Of a stretch of DNA of 64,000 nt, positions 1 to 9,954 are shown piece by piece (the stretch's first letter is position 1; each line of letters begins with the position of its first letter). Position numbers and translations under genes: made by a program. Under the pieces are notes generated by a model that was given only the letters and a program-made list of their open reading frames with translations, did not search any database and had not been told where the DNA came from. Source of the stretch: an uncultured Candidatus Saccharibacteria bacterium (GTDB lineage Bacteria; Patescibacteriota; Minisyncoccia; Sungbacterales; HO2-52-23); NCBI GenBank assembly GCA_964585475.1, contig CAZPDF010000001.1:81337-145336 (forward strand), given 5' to 3'.

Positions 1-110
1 GGTATTGGAGAAAGAGCCAGGAAACGCAAGCGTTATTTTAACCATAGAGGCGCTAAAAAAAGGAAGCGGTAGGTAGCACAATTGGACTGGTAGTGAGTAA
101 ACCCGCAAAC

Positions 111-241
111 GTCATTCTGAGCGTAGCGAAGAATCTGACGCGAAGCGTCATCCTGAGGCGTTAGCCGAAGGATCTCCTCCATATTTTAGGGGCCCCTTCG
201 CTTCGCTCAGGGCTCGCTCCGCTCGACTTCATTCAGGATGA
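111..241. repeat. Composite of two family-A palindromic elements upstream of the LTD-protein gene
   Basis: Two left arms (GTCATTCTGAGCGTAGCGAAGAATCT, GTCATCCTGAGGCGTTAGCCGAAGGATCT) are followed by matching right arms (CCTTCGCTTCGCTCAG, CATTCAGGATGAC). Confidence 0.55.
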
Positions 242-280
242 CAGCTAGAAACGCGCCATGTTACTCGCTACTAGTTCATT

Positions 281-1765
281 GTGTTTCAGGTTACAAAGAA
301 AGGCGCTTTTAGCGCCTTTCTTGTGTTTTTAGGAGGGTATTGCTACGAATATGGTATGTTTCGCAAGGCCGCTTTAATTTTCATATTAATCTTTGCGCCG
401 GCGCCTGCTTTGGCCTCAGGTGTTTTAATCAATGAAATCGCCTGGATGGGAACGGAAGTATCCACCGCCGACGAATGGATTGAACTGCGAAACGAGGGCA
501 CAGGTGATGTGGATTTGGCCGGGTGGCGGCTTGAATGGAGGGGTGGGGAGTACGGCATTACGTTCAGCATAGGAAACGGAACCGGAAAGTGTTCCACCAC
601 GCTGTTTCCTGCCAGCGGATACTTTTTGCTTGAGCGAACGGATGATACCACCCTCCCCAATGTTTCTGCTGATTGCCTTTATGCGGGGGCCCTTTCAAAT
701 GAGGGCGATATTGTAGTTTTGAAGGATCCATCCGGCACGGTTATAGATAGAATTGACGGTTCCAATGTCTGGAAGATCAACGGAGGAAGCGAGGTAGCAG
801 GAAATAATACTACTAAAGAAACCGCACAACGCAGTGCATCCGGTTGGATTACTGCCTCCCCCACGCCCCGTGCGCCAAATGCGGGAGTGCCTGCGTCATC
901 ATCCCCGTCGCCCCCTTCTTCATCCGGAACTTCAACGCCGGCCGCACCTGCTTCATCTTCTGCGCCGGCAATTGTTTATCCCGCGATTAAGGCCTATGCG
1001 GGGGAAGACCGCACGGCAATAGTGGGGGAGCTGGTTGAATTTGTTGGCCGGGCCGCAGGGATCGATAATAAGCCATTAGAGAACGCTCGATTTTGGTGGA
1101 ATTTCGGGGATGGTGAGGCCATCGAAGGCCGCGTCGTTTCCCATATTTTTAGGATTACCGGAACGTATACTGTGGGTCTTCACGTATCCTCTGCCGAATA
1201 CGCGGCATCGGATTATCTTAGAATAGAGGCCACTCCTAACCAAATTGTGGTAAAAAACGTTCTAATAGGAGAGGGCGGATCGCTCCGTCTTAAAAACGAA
1301 GGAAATACAGAGGTTGAGATCGGCGGATGGATTTTGGAGGATGCCGATGCAAATAGATTCCAAATTCCGCCTAAGACGCGGCTCGCAGAAGGAGCTGAAG
1401 TTTCGTTCGCCAGCTCCGTAACCGGCCTCTTTCGTTCCGGAGGGACGGCGCTTAAACTTTATTATCCGAATTCGAAGCTTGCGCTTGAATGGAAAGGAGA
1501 AAAAGCCAAAACTTCGCAGACGAGTACGTTCGTGGAGGAGAAAAAGTTGCCTGTCATGGCCGTTTCTCCGCCAGCGCCAATGCCATTCCAGAAAAATGTC
1601 GAGAGTGTTATAGTTGAAGAGACGAAGGCCGCGAGAGATAATAAAAATACAGCGCAAGTTTCAAATTTCTCCGCGTTCAATACGTCCGTCTTCTTTATTT
1701 TTGCTATAATTCTTAGCGTTGCAGCGGCGGTTGGATTCCTGGTTATTAAGAAGTTCTATTTCTAG
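281..1765 (+). CDS. Secreted or anchored surface protein with two lamin-tail (LTD) domains flanking a PKD-like domain, a Ser/Pro-rich linker and a C-terminal TM anchor
   Basis: N-terminal signal-like hydrophobic stretch. LTD-like motifs 'VLINEIAWMGT...DEWIELRN...GWRLEW' and 'IVVKNVLIGEGG...GWILED'. PKD-like 'FGDGE...GTYTVGLHVS'. PSS/PAP-rich linker. C-terminal hydrophobic tail. Confidence 0.55.
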   Translation: MFQVTKKGAFSAFLVFLGGYCYEYGMFRKAALIFILIFAPAPALASGVLINEIAWMGTEVSTADEWIELRNEGTGDVDLAGWRLEWRGGEYGITFSIGNGTGKCSTTLFPASGYFLLERTDDTTLPNVSADCLYAGALSNEGDIVVLKDPSGTVIDRIDGSNVWKINGGSEVAGNNTTKETAQRSASGWITASPTPRAPNAGVPASSSPSPPSSSGTSTPAAPASSSAPAIVYPAIKAYAGEDRTAIVGELVEFVGRAAGIDNKPLENARFWWNFGDGEAIEGRVVSHIFRITGTYTVGLHVSSAEYAASDYLRIEATPNQIVVKNVLIGEGGSLRLKNEGNTEVEIGGWILEDADANRFQIPPKTRLAEGAEVSFASSVTGLFRSGGTALKLYYPNSKLALEWKGEKAKTSQTSTFVEEKKLPVMAVSPPAPMPFQKNVESVIVEETKAARDNKNTAQVSNFSAFNTSVFFIFAIILSVAAAVGFLVIKKFYF

Positions 1766-1771
1766 CGGATA

Positions 1772-4252
1772 ATGGAAAAATCTAAAATTATCGTATTTTC
1801 CACCGCCTATCACCCATTTACAGGCGGTGCCGAGATTGCAATTCAGGAAGTATTGAGGCGGCTTCAAGACCGCTTTGACCCGCGCACAGAAAGGCCAAAT
1901 GAGCTAGGCGAGGCCAGCGGCCTTTTGTGCGGGGCTTCGCCCTCCGCACGGACCCCAAAAAGTAGTGGTAATACAAGGGAAAGTTCAAGCCCGTGCTCCG
2001 GGCTCCGTTTTTATATTGTAACTTCCCGTTTCAGGCGGGATTTACCAAAGATCGAAGAGCGACCCGAGGGAACCGTTATTCGGTTAGGGTTAGGGACACG
2101 TTTCGATAAATGGTTTCTCCCTTTTCTTGGTTTTTTTTCCGCCCGCAGAATCATTCGGTCAAATGTCAATGGTCAAACGTCAAATGTTGTCATGTGGGCC
2201 GTAGATATCGGGCAGGGGTCACTGGCAGCTGCGGTTTTCAAACTTTTTCATCCCCGCATCCCTTTAATTTTAACACTCCAATATGGATATGGAGCAGGAA
2301 GAGTTGTAGGGGGGCGACTTGGTCTTATTGGTGTGGCGTTTCGTTTCATGCTACGCCGCGCGGATTATGTCACAGCGATTTCAATATACTTATTAAATCT
2401 CGCGAAGAACCATGGATATAGAGGGTCGGGAAGCATAGTGCATAATGGAGTAGATATAGAAAAGTTCACCCCGTCATTCGACCGGGTGCCCCGTCGAATG
2501 ACGGGGCAAAATCCAAATTCTAAAACAGTAATCACTGTCTCCCGGTTGGTGCCCAAAAATGGCATAGATACGCTGATTAGCGCCATAGTCGAAGTTAAAA
2601 AATCAATCCCACAAATTCGTTGCCACATTCTTGGTGAAGGACCAGAAAAAGAAAGTTTAAAGTCACAAGTTAAAAGTTTAAAGTTGGATGAGAATGTCGA
2701 GTTTTTTGGGAATGTTCCGTATGACGAGATATCGAAATATCTTCACGAAGCCGATGTTTTTGTAAGGGCCTCGCGCTCGGAGGGCATGGGGAATGCATTT
2801 GTTGAAGCGTTGGCGGCAGGTGTCCCGATTATTGGCACGCCGGTTGAGGGAATACTTGATATTATTCAGGATGGCAAGACCGGTTTTTTTGCGCGGGTGG
2901 ACGATCCCAACGATCTTGCGCAAAAAATCGTCTATGTCCTTCAAAATGAAAAGGAGAGCGAGCAGAGCGTTACGGAAGGAAGACGAATGGTTGAAGAAAA
3001 ATTTTCCTGGAATGGGATCGCGCAAAAATACAGGTTTATTTTCGACCGCTACTATAGAGGCGAAACCTCTATAGTATCTATAGAGGTTTCGCCTCTCCGT
3101 ATAGTTATTGCCACCCCTCTTTATCCGCCACAGCTTGGGGGGCCAGCAATTTATGCAAAGAATTTAGGTGAGGAATTTTCTCGCTTAAGGCATCAAGTAT
3201 CCATTGTTTCCTTTGGTAAGTTTTTGCGTCTGCCGTCTTTGGTCAGGCATTTTCTTTATTTTTTTAAGGTTTTTCGTAGTTCCATTGGCGCGGATATTAT
3301 TTTTGCCCTGGATTATTTTAGCGTTGGGGCGCCGGCCGCCCTCGCCGCCCTGCTTTTATGTAAGCCACTCGTCATCCGCGTAGAAGGCGATTTTTTGTGG
3401 GAGAGTTATGTCGAGCGAAGAAGGAGCGATACAACTCTTTCTATGTTTTACCCCGCTAGAAGTCAGCCCCGACGTGACGTCGGGGCTGCCGTTCCGCCGG
3501 TGGCGGAACGGACTTCTAACGGGGCTTACCGGAATCTCCCGAGATTGTCGGCCAAAGAGCGAGTGATCCATTTTATAAGCCGGTGGGTACTTGGACGCTC
3601 GCGCATTCTTGTTTTTTCTTCGGAATGGCGCCGCGAGATGGTTGTCGGCTCACGCGGCCATCTCCGCAAGAAGTCGATAATTATCGGGAATGTATGGCCT
3701 CCGCTTCTCGAAAATCTTTCGGCAGTTTCTCAAGGATCTCGTGTAATTCTTTGGGCCGGCCGCATGCTTTATTTAAAAAATCTATATCGTCTGCTCCGCG
3801 CGTTTTCCCGACTAAAATCTGATTACGAACTGCATTTGGTAGGGGATGGTCCGGAAGCGGAACGGCTAAAAAACTTTGTCACGCAGGAACGGATCAAGAA
3901 AGTTTTCTTTTTTCCCAAACTCCCGCATGAGGCGCTGCTTAAGAAAATGCGTGAGGCGGCATTTTTTGTTCTGCCCTCGCTTTCCGAGGTGGGCCCGAAC
4001 GTGATTGCTGATGCGGCATCTTCAGGAACCCCTTTTATTATGACGAGAGAGTCGGGTTATGCCGAGTATGCCAAGGATTTTGGAATTTTCGTTGATCCGC
4101 TCAATGAAAATGAGCTCACGCAAAAGTTGGGGATGCTAATGGAGGAGACCGCGCGCTATAATATAAGAAAGGGAATTATTAAATTCTACAGCGCCTATAC
4201 ATGGGGCGAGGCTGCTCAAGAATGGATTCAAGTATTCTCAAAGGTTCTATGA
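1772..4252 (+). CDS. Tandem-fused GT4-family (GT-B fold) glycosyltransferase with two complete GT4 units
   Basis: Two N-terminal GT4 motifs ('FSTAYHPFTGGAEI', 'IATPLYPPQLGGPAIY'). Two Glycos_transf_1-type C-domains ('EGMGNAFVEALAAGVPIIGT', 'SEVGPNVIADAASSGTPFIMT'). Confidence 0.7.
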   Translation: MEKSKIIVFSTAYHPFTGGAEIAIQEVLRRLQDRFDPRTERPNELGEASGLLCGASPSARTPKSSGNTRESSSPCSGLRFYIVTSRFRRDLPKIEERPEGTVIRLGLGTRFDKWFLPFLGFFSARRIIRSNVNGQTSNVVMWAVDIGQGSLAAAVFKLFHPRIPLILTLQYGYGAGRVVGGRLGLIGVAFRFMLRRADYVTAISIYLLNLAKNHGYRGSGSIVHNGVDIEKFTPSFDRVPRRMTGQNPNSKTVITVSRLVPKNGIDTLISAIVEVKKSIPQIRCHILGEGPEKESLKSQVKSLKLDENVEFFGNVPYDEISKYLHEADVFVRASRSEGMGNAFVEALAAGVPIIGTPVEGILDIIQDGKTGFFARVDDPNDLAQKIVYVLQNEKESEQSVTEGRRMVEEKFSWNGIAQKYRFIFDRYYRGETSIVSIEVSPLRIVIATPLYPPQLGGPAIYAKNLGEEFSRLRHQVSIVSFGKFLRLPSLVRHFLYFFKVFRSSIGADIIFALDYFSVGAPAALAALLLCKPLVIRVEGDFLWESYVERRRSDTTLSMFYPARSQPRRDVGAAVPPVAERTSNGAYRNLPRLSAKERVIHFISRWVLGRSRILVFSSEWRREMVVGSRGHLRKKSIIIGNVWPPLLENLSAVSQGSRVILWAGRMLYLKNLYRLLRAFSRLKSDYELHLVGDGPEAERLKNFVTQERIKKVFFFPKLPHEALLKKMREAAFFVLPSLSEVGPNVIADAASSGTPFIMTRESGYAEYAKDFGIFVDPLNENELTQKLGMLMEETARYNIRKGIIKFYSAYTWGEAAQEWIQVFSKVL
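3451..3524. repeat. Family-B palindromic element (CCCCGCTAGAAGTC...GACTTCTAACGGGG) inserted in frame in the GT4 fusion gene
   Basis: 14-bp terminal inverted repeats enclose the hairpin GCCCCGACGTGACGTCGGGGC. It is about 75 bp (25 codons) with no stop and encodes PARSQ...ERTSNGA. Confidence 0.7.
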
Positions 4253-4325
4253 ATCCCGCACATAATTTGGACTACTAATTTGTAAGAGATCGGAGCGTTG
4301 TTACATATTTCATCGACCTTCAACC

Positions 4326-4399
4326 GTCATTCTGAACGCAGTGAAGAATCTCTATATATTTACTGGTGATTTGAGATCCTTCGCTTCGCTCAGGATGAC
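4326..4399. repeat. Family-A palindromic element (GTCATTCTGARCG-AGTGAAGAATCT ... GATCCTTCGCTTCGCTCAGGATGAC), intergenic
   Basis: Imperfect inverted repeat about 26 bp per arm. The same family occurs at 111-241, 11826-11939, 46158-46245 and 48679-48755. Confidence 0.7.
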
Positions 4400-4534
4400 G
4401 ATTAAATAAAGAATGTAAACAACACGATTAATTCCCACAACTAATTATCAAATAGCATATTTTATAATCATTGCTTGGCGTTCTGGGTTGTGTATAACTG
4501 CTAAGTCATCCACAGCTGCATAATTGTCTAAGTT

Positions 4535-5704
4535 ATGTGCGGGATGAAAATCCTTGTCATAGGGGGCGATCCGAGTATTTTTAATAAGGATTCGGAGAAT
4601 TTTTCCCGCATCAGCGAATATGCGGGGCTTTTTGACGAACTGCATATTGTCTCTTTTACTGCCCCCGGATTCAAAAAAGCCGAATTTAGCCCGAATCTCT
4701 TTCTTTATCCCACCAATACTTTTTTTGCGCCGTTGAGAGCATGGGATGCATACCGTATAGGGCGGAATATCGCCAAGGCCAGGCAGGTAGATATTATTGA
4801 TGCGCAGGATTCGGGGGAAGCGGGGCTTGTCGCATATCTCATTTCACGAATCACAAAAATTCCGTTTCGTATCCAAATCCACACGGATATTTTTAGCCCG
4901 TATTACCGTCGCGCATCGTGGAAAGAGCGCGTGCGTTTTATGCTGGCCAAATTTCTTATTCCGCGGGCAAATTGTATCCGGGTGGTGAGCGAGAGGATCA
5001 AAAGTTCGATAATTTCCAATTTCCCCGCCTTCGCCGAGGCTACGGCGGGCAGGCAATTTCCAATTTCCAAAATATCGGTACTCCCGATATTTACTGACAT
5101 ATCTAAATTCATTGAAGCAAAACCCGATCCGCGGATTGAGGATCGATTCCGCAATTACGATTTTAAGATGGTTGCGGTGGGGCGCCTGCTGGATAAAGAG
5201 AAAAATTTCAGCATGTTGATTGAAGTGATGCGGGATTTTATAAAGATATGCCCCAAAGCCGTCTTAGCGCTTGTGGGGAGTGGGTCTGATGAGGAAAAGT
5301 ACCGAATTCTTATCAAGCGGTATGGGCTTGAAAATCATGTTATCATAGAGCCATGGCGCGATGATTTGCCTTCGTTTCTCAAATCCTTTGACCTTTTCCT
5401 GCTTCCGTCTAACTACGAAGGGTGGGGCCGAGCGGTCACTGAAGCCATGGCCGCGGGTTTGCCGGTCGTAATGACCGACGTCGGGCTTGCCGGAGAAATA
5501 GTGAAAGAAGGGGTAAACGGTATCGTGGTTCCGGTGGGTGATAAAAAATCTTTTCTCCGCGTTCTCACCGAGCTTTATCAAAATCCGGGAAAAAGAAAAA
5601 ACCTGGCTTTGGCCGGAGAAAACTCGGTGAAGAATTTAAACCCCAAAACAAAAGAAGAGTACCTCGGCGCATATGAGAAAAGTATGCGCTCATGTCTTTT
5701 ATGA
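4535..5704 (+). CDS. GT4-family glycosyltransferase
   Basis: C-terminal motif 'LLPSNYEGWGRAVTEAMAAGLPVVMTDVGLAGEIV'. Confidence 0.75.
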   Translation: MCGMKILVIGGDPSIFNKDSENFSRISEYAGLFDELHIVSFTAPGFKKAEFSPNLFLYPTNTFFAPLRAWDAYRIGRNIAKARQVDIIDAQDSGEAGLVAYLISRITKIPFRIQIHTDIFSPYYRRASWKERVRFMLAKFLIPRANCIRVVSERIKSSIISNFPAFAEATAGRQFPISKISVLPIFTDISKFIEAKPDPRIEDRFRNYDFKMVAVGRLLDKEKNFSMLIEVMRDFIKICPKAVLALVGSGSDEEKYRILIKRYGLENHVIIEPWRDDLPSFLKSFDLFLLPSNYEGWGRAVTEAMAAGLPVVMTDVGLAGEIVKEGVNGIVVPVGDKKSFLRVLTELYQNPGKRKNLALAGENSVKNLNPKTKEEYLGAYEKSMRSCLL

Positions 5705-6768
5705 AACTTTTAATTGTAACTCAAAAAATTGATAGAAATGATGAACTGCTCGGCTCCTTCCACCGCTGGGTGCAAGAATTTGCGAAGCATGCGGAACGCG
5801 TTTCGGTCATCGCCGGTTTTGTCGGCGAGTACAACTTTCCTAAAAAAGTTGAAGTCTTCTCTCTTGGGAAGGAAGCGGGCCGCGGAAAAATAGGAAGGGT
5901 TTGGAGATTCTGGGAGTTATTTTCGAAGCAATATGCTTCTTCCGATGCTGTTTTTTTTCACATGTGTCCGGAATTTGTGCTTGCAGCTTTTCCGTTTCTG
6001 GCGTCTCTCAAGAGAACCACCGGTCTATGGTACGTTCATCGACTTGCTACGCGAAAATTAAAAATGGCTGAGAGGATGACCGATTTTATCTTCAGCGCAT
6101 CCGAGTCCACGTTTCTACTCCCTTCCAAGAAGGCGGTGATAACCGGCCACGCCATAGACACAGAATTTTTCAAGCCGGCCGAGGGCTCGCGGCTGCCAAG
6201 CGGAGGCTTGCAGCTTCTTACTGTCGGCCGGATCTCCCCTGTAAAGAATCTTGAAACCATAATTCATGCCGCCGCCATTCTTAAAAGTAAATTAGAGATT
6301 CCCTGGATCCTATCAATAGTCGGCGCTCCATTTATGCCTAGGGATCACGAATATTTTACTAAGATGCGGTCTCTTGCAAAAGAATATGGGCTTGAGGGCC
6401 GGGTGGTGTTCCAGGGCGCTCGGCCGTATGGCGAGATGCCCTCTCTTTACCGGGAGCACGATTTGCTGATTTCTCTTACCCCCACGGGGTCTTTTGACAA
6501 AGCAGCGCTTGAAGCGATGTCCTGCGGGCTTACGATCGTTACCGCGAGTGCGGGTTTTAAGGATTTCATACCTGCGCGTTACGTTTTAGAACACTCAAGC
6601 CCGGAATTTCTGGCTGAAAGGGTGTTGGCGCTCGCCAAAGAGAATAGGCCGAATGTAGTACTTCGCGAGGCGGTGCTGAAATACCATAGTCTTGAAAAAA
6701 CCGTAAAAAAGATCGTCGAGTCGCTCGCGTTATTTAATGTCCCGTATCCAAATTTGCCCTTGTCATGA
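5692..6768 (+). CDS. GT4-family glycosyltransferase
   Basis: 'GRISPVKNLETII', 'SLTPTGSFDKAALEAMSCGLTIVTA'. Confidence 0.65.
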   Translation: MSFMKLLIVTQKIDRNDELLGSFHRWVQEFAKHAERVSVIAGFVGEYNFPKKVEVFSLGKEAGRGKIGRVWRFWELFSKQYASSDAVFFHMCPEFVLAAFPFLASLKRTTGLWYVHRLATRKLKMAERMTDFIFSASESTFLLPSKKAVITGHAIDTEFFKPAEGSRLPSGGLQLLTVGRISPVKNLETIIHAAAILKSKLEIPWILSIVGAPFMPRDHEYFTKMRSLAKEYGLEGRVVFQGARPYGEMPSLYREHDLLISLTPTGSFDKAALEAMSCGLTIVTASAGFKDFIPARYVLEHSSPEFLAERVLALAKENRPNVVLREAVLKYHSLEKTVKKIVESLALFNVPYPNLPLS

Positions 6769-8138
6769 TCATGCCGCTTGAATTAAAAAGTAATTTCGGA
6801 GGAGACAGGACTATTTTTTATGACGAAAACCGCAGCTCCGATAATTTCGGCGTCTTTTTTAATTCGCATAAAGAAATTAATCAGGACTCAATATTTGATT
6901 TTTTGCTCTTTGGCACGATTTTGCCGCCATCTGCACCCCTAGAAGGGGTAAACGTACTTATGCCGGGTGAGACGAGGATAGGCGGGGAATCCATGTCCGA
7001 GTATGAGAATCTCGGGCTAAAAATCAAAAAACAGGGTATCGAAGGATTTGTAAAAGATTTTGAAGAGTTTTTGGGTGAATATTTCAAGGAGAATTCGGAG
7101 CCCAATCCCGCGGTTCTGCTTTCCGGCGGCATTGACTCGGCAATCCTCCTAAGTTTTTTAGGGGCAGGTGCCACGTGTGTTACCTGGGGCGGCTGGGGCA
7201 GGGAATCGAGCGACGTTATATACTCACGGGACACCGCCGCTAAATTTGGTGTTAAAAACCATCATTTCGTTTATGCAGATTATGACAAGGATTTGGAGAT
7301 TTATCTTGAGGCCGTGGAAGAGATAAAAATTCCCATTCTTTTTCAGAACTCGGTACCGCACCTCCGTATGGCCGAATTCGCTAGGAATTTGGGGATTAGA
7401 AATTGCTTTATGGGGCAGAACGCCGATACGGTTCTTGTATCTTATCCTGCGCCGTTTCTGGTAAATAGACTCGCACGACTTAATAGATTTTTGCCATTTA
7501 ACCCTGCTTGGTTTTTAAGATCAAGAAAGAAATATTTATTTTCCACCCCGAGTATCGTTCGTCTTTTTGCCTATTTTAAGTCGTCGGGCCTTTTCCCTGG
7601 TCCGTGGATTAGGTTACCCGAGGGTTATTTTGAAAGAAAGGAGGCGTTGCTAAATGGTTTGATCTTTCGAGGAACTTCGATGCAAAGAGTTATATTAACC
7701 GAGGAACTTTTGACCGAGGCGCGCCGCAACCAAATATGCCAGAATGAGATGCCCGCTCTTTACGGCATTCGGGTGAGATGCCCTTACTATGAAAAAAAAT
7801 TTGTGGAACTTGCCTTATCCATTCCTGGCCTGCTTCGTAAAAAAGACGGTTACGGCAAGGTGATATTCAAGGAATTGGCAAGGAAGAGGGGGGTGCCGGA
7901 GATCATAATTAATAAAGAGAAAAGGGGATTAACTTACGGCGCGCGCGAATTTATAAGTAGGAAAATGCATATTCCCGTATGGGACAAAATGGGAAAAGAC
8001 GATTTTCTCAACAAGTTTATAAATATAGCATTAGTAAGGAGAGAGAAAGAGAATAACTTTGAAACCTTTGATTGCCTGCGCAGTCTTTATTACTGGGGCG
8101 AGCTTGTTTACAAGAAGCGTAACTTAACTTTGAAATAA
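6765..8138 (+). CDS. Asparagine-synthetase-like ATP-pyrophosphatase domain protein (amidotransferase lacking the N-terminal Cys glutaminase nucleophile)
   Basis: PP-loop motif 'VLLSGGIDSAIL'. AsnB C-domain-like length. No N-terminal Cys2. Confidence 0.55.
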   Translation: MIMPLELKSNFGGDRTIFYDENRSSDNFGVFFNSHKEINQDSIFDFLLFGTILPPSAPLEGVNVLMPGETRIGGESMSEYENLGLKIKKQGIEGFVKDFEEFLGEYFKENSEPNPAVLLSGGIDSAILLSFLGAGATCVTWGGWGRESSDVIYSRDTAAKFGVKNHHFVYADYDKDLEIYLEAVEEIKIPILFQNSVPHLRMAEFARNLGIRNCFMGQNADTVLVSYPAPFLVNRLARLNRFLPFNPAWFLRSRKKYLFSTPSIVRLFAYFKSSGLFPGPWIRLPEGYFERKEALLNGLIFRGTSMQRVILTEELLTEARRNQICQNEMPALYGIRVRCPYYEKKFVELALSIPGLLRKKDGYGKVIFKELARKRGVPEIIINKEKRGLTYGAREFISRKMHIPVWDKMGKDDFLNKFINIALVRREKENNFETFDCLRSLYYWGELVYKKRNLTLK

Positions 8139-8149
8139 TTTTTGTATTT

Positions 8150-9244
8150 ATGGTGCATTCAGAGAATTTTGCCCCGGTGAAACTCTATGCTAACCGCAAG
8201 CTTGTTGGCGGGCGGAAAGATTATTCTCCGCTCCTTTTTCCGTTTTGGGGAGTTTCGGTTAGCCGAAGCGAGCCGTATCTTGAGGCGTTTTTCAAACGAC
8301 ACGGTTTTGATAAAAAATACTATACTCTGGTGCCGTCGCCGGCAGACGCAGACTTTGTATTCGTTCCCATAAATTACTGGCGTCTTAAGCAAAGCGACCC
8401 CGGCCTTCTTGATGCATTTGTGGCTGAATCCTGTCGTTTCAATAAACCCCTGCTCGTCGCCGCCTACGGCGACCCCATGGAAGATATTCTTATTGAGCGC
8501 AGTATTATTTTGCGCCTCGGCCACTATCGCTCGCGGCTTAAGGAAAGCGATGTCATAATGCCAACGTACAGCGAGGACCTTCTTGAGTCATACTGCGGAG
8601 GCGAACTTCGGCTTCTGCAAAAAAAAGAAATTCCCTCGGTTGGGTTTGCGGGCTGGGCGGATCTGCCGTTTTTAAAATATCCCAAAACTCATTTGCGGGA
8701 TTGGGGTATGCGTGCATGGAGTCTTTTAAGTCCAAAATACGAGGTGTTCCGCAAGGGCGTTTTTTGGCGTATAGAAGCGATCAAAGTTCTTGAGGAAACC
8801 TCCGGAATTAAGACAAATTTCATCAAACGAAGTTCGTTTTCCGGTCATCGCCAAACCATGGAAATAGACGCCGAAACCCTGCGCCGGGAATTCGTGCAGA
8901 ACCTGCTTTCTTCCGACTACAATCTTGATGTGCGGGGGGATGCAAATCAATCCACGCGCTTTTGCGAGATGTTGAGTTTAGGCCGCATACCGCTCTATCT
9001 TGATACGGAGCGGGTACAACCGCTGGAGCACCTCATTGACTATAAAAAAATTTGTGTATGGGTTGATTACCGTGAGATTGATCGAATCGGCGAGATTTTG
9101 CTGGATTTTCACAGAAGTGTAAGTCCGGAAGAGTTTGCGACTCGACAGAAACGCGCACGGGAAGTCTTTGAAAAGTATCTTCGCATCGATAGGTTTACCA
9201 AGTATTTGATGTCTACGTTAAAGGAGAAAGTACGCTCGTTATGA
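8150..9244 (+). CDS. Exostosin-like (GT47-like) putative glycosyltransferase
   Basis: C-terminal 'RFCEMLSLGRIPLYLDTERVQPLEHLIDYKKICVWVDYREIDRIGEIL' resembles the GT47 conserved C-terminal motif (RFxEAL..GCIPV..D...LPF...DW..FSV). Confidence 0.4.
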   Translation: MVHSENFAPVKLYANRKLVGGRKDYSPLLFPFWGVSVSRSEPYLEAFFKRHGFDKKYYTLVPSPADADFVFVPINYWRLKQSDPGLLDAFVAESCRFNKPLLVAAYGDPMEDILIERSIILRLGHYRSRLKESDVIMPTYSEDLLESYCGGELRLLQKKEIPSVGFAGWADLPFLKYPKTHLRDWGMRAWSLLSPKYEVFRKGVFWRIEAIKVLEETSGIKTNFIKRSSFSGHRQTMEIDAETLRREFVQNLLSSDYNLDVRGDANQSTRFCEMLSLGRIPLYLDTERVQPLEHLIDYKKICVWVDYREIDRIGEILLDFHRSVSPEEFATRQKRAREVFEKYLRIDRFTKYLMSTLKEKVRSL

Positions 9245-9298
9245 TATAACAGAAGGAGCGGAGTTTGTATAAGTGTAAAAATATGATTAATTTCAAAC

Positions 9299-9856
9299 AT
9301 GAACATACTTGTTTCGAGTTGGCGTAGACGTCAACTTCTTGAGGCCTATACCCTAGGAGGCGTTTTTTCCCCCGGCGTTTTGGTTTTGGACATCGGCTGC
9401 GGAAACGGAGAGATGGGGAGGGCCGTAGCCCAAGCTTTCGGGGTTCGCGTGGAAGGGGCGGACATCGTTAATCTATTGGAAGAGGACTTGTCATTCCATG
9501 CTTTGCCGGAAAGTTGGGAAAAGTGGCCAGTGCAGTATTTTGATGTGACCATGCTCAACGATGCCCTGCATCATATGAGTCCGGATACGCAAATATCTAC
9601 GCTAGGACATGCTTTGCGGGTCGGCAAAAAGGTTTTGATTTTCGAGACCCGCCCTACAATGCTCGCCAAGTTTCTTGACGTGGTCATGGGCCGCTTTGTT
9701 TACGGAGGCAGAGAGACGATAACATTGACCCATCGAGAGCCGGAGGCATGGACGCAGATATTAAAAGAGCTGGGATGGCGGACAAGATTGTATGATTTGC
9801 CAAGGCCCTTCTTTTATCCGTTACGTCATTTCGTTCTTGTGGTTGAACCTCGTTAG
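9299..9856 (+). CDS. Class I SAM-dependent methyltransferase
   Basis: Motif I 'VLDIGCGNGEMG'. Confidence 0.6.
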   Translation: MNILVSSWRRRQLLEAYTLGGVFSPGVLVLDIGCGNGEMGRAVAQAFGVRVEGADIVNLLEEDLSFHALPESWEKWPVQYFDVTMLNDALHHMSPDTQISTLGHALRVGKKVLIFETRPTMLAKFLDVVMGRFVYGGRETITLTHREPEAWTQILKELGWRTRLYDLPRPFFYPLRHFVLVVEPR

Positions 9857-9923
9857 AGAGAAACGCGGGGTGCCACTTTAAGAAACAGAGAAAATAAACA
9901 TCCGATGTTTCTCTCTAACGGGG
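9851..9923. repeat. Family-B-like palindromic element (CGTTAGAGAGAAAC...GTTTCTCTCTAACGGGG)
   Basis: Perfect 14-bp inverted repeat with a 42-bp spacer. It overlaps the stop codon of the methyltransferase gene. Confidence 0.6.
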
Positions 9924-9954
9924 CGAGCGCCAGCCTTAACGTAACTTTCTTTTT

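Noticed and set aside
343-1680. Multiple minus-strand ORFs (343-660, 1262-1657, 1462-1680) inside the LTD/PKD protein gene.
   Set aside because: They are shadow ORFs antisense to a strongly supported long CDS.
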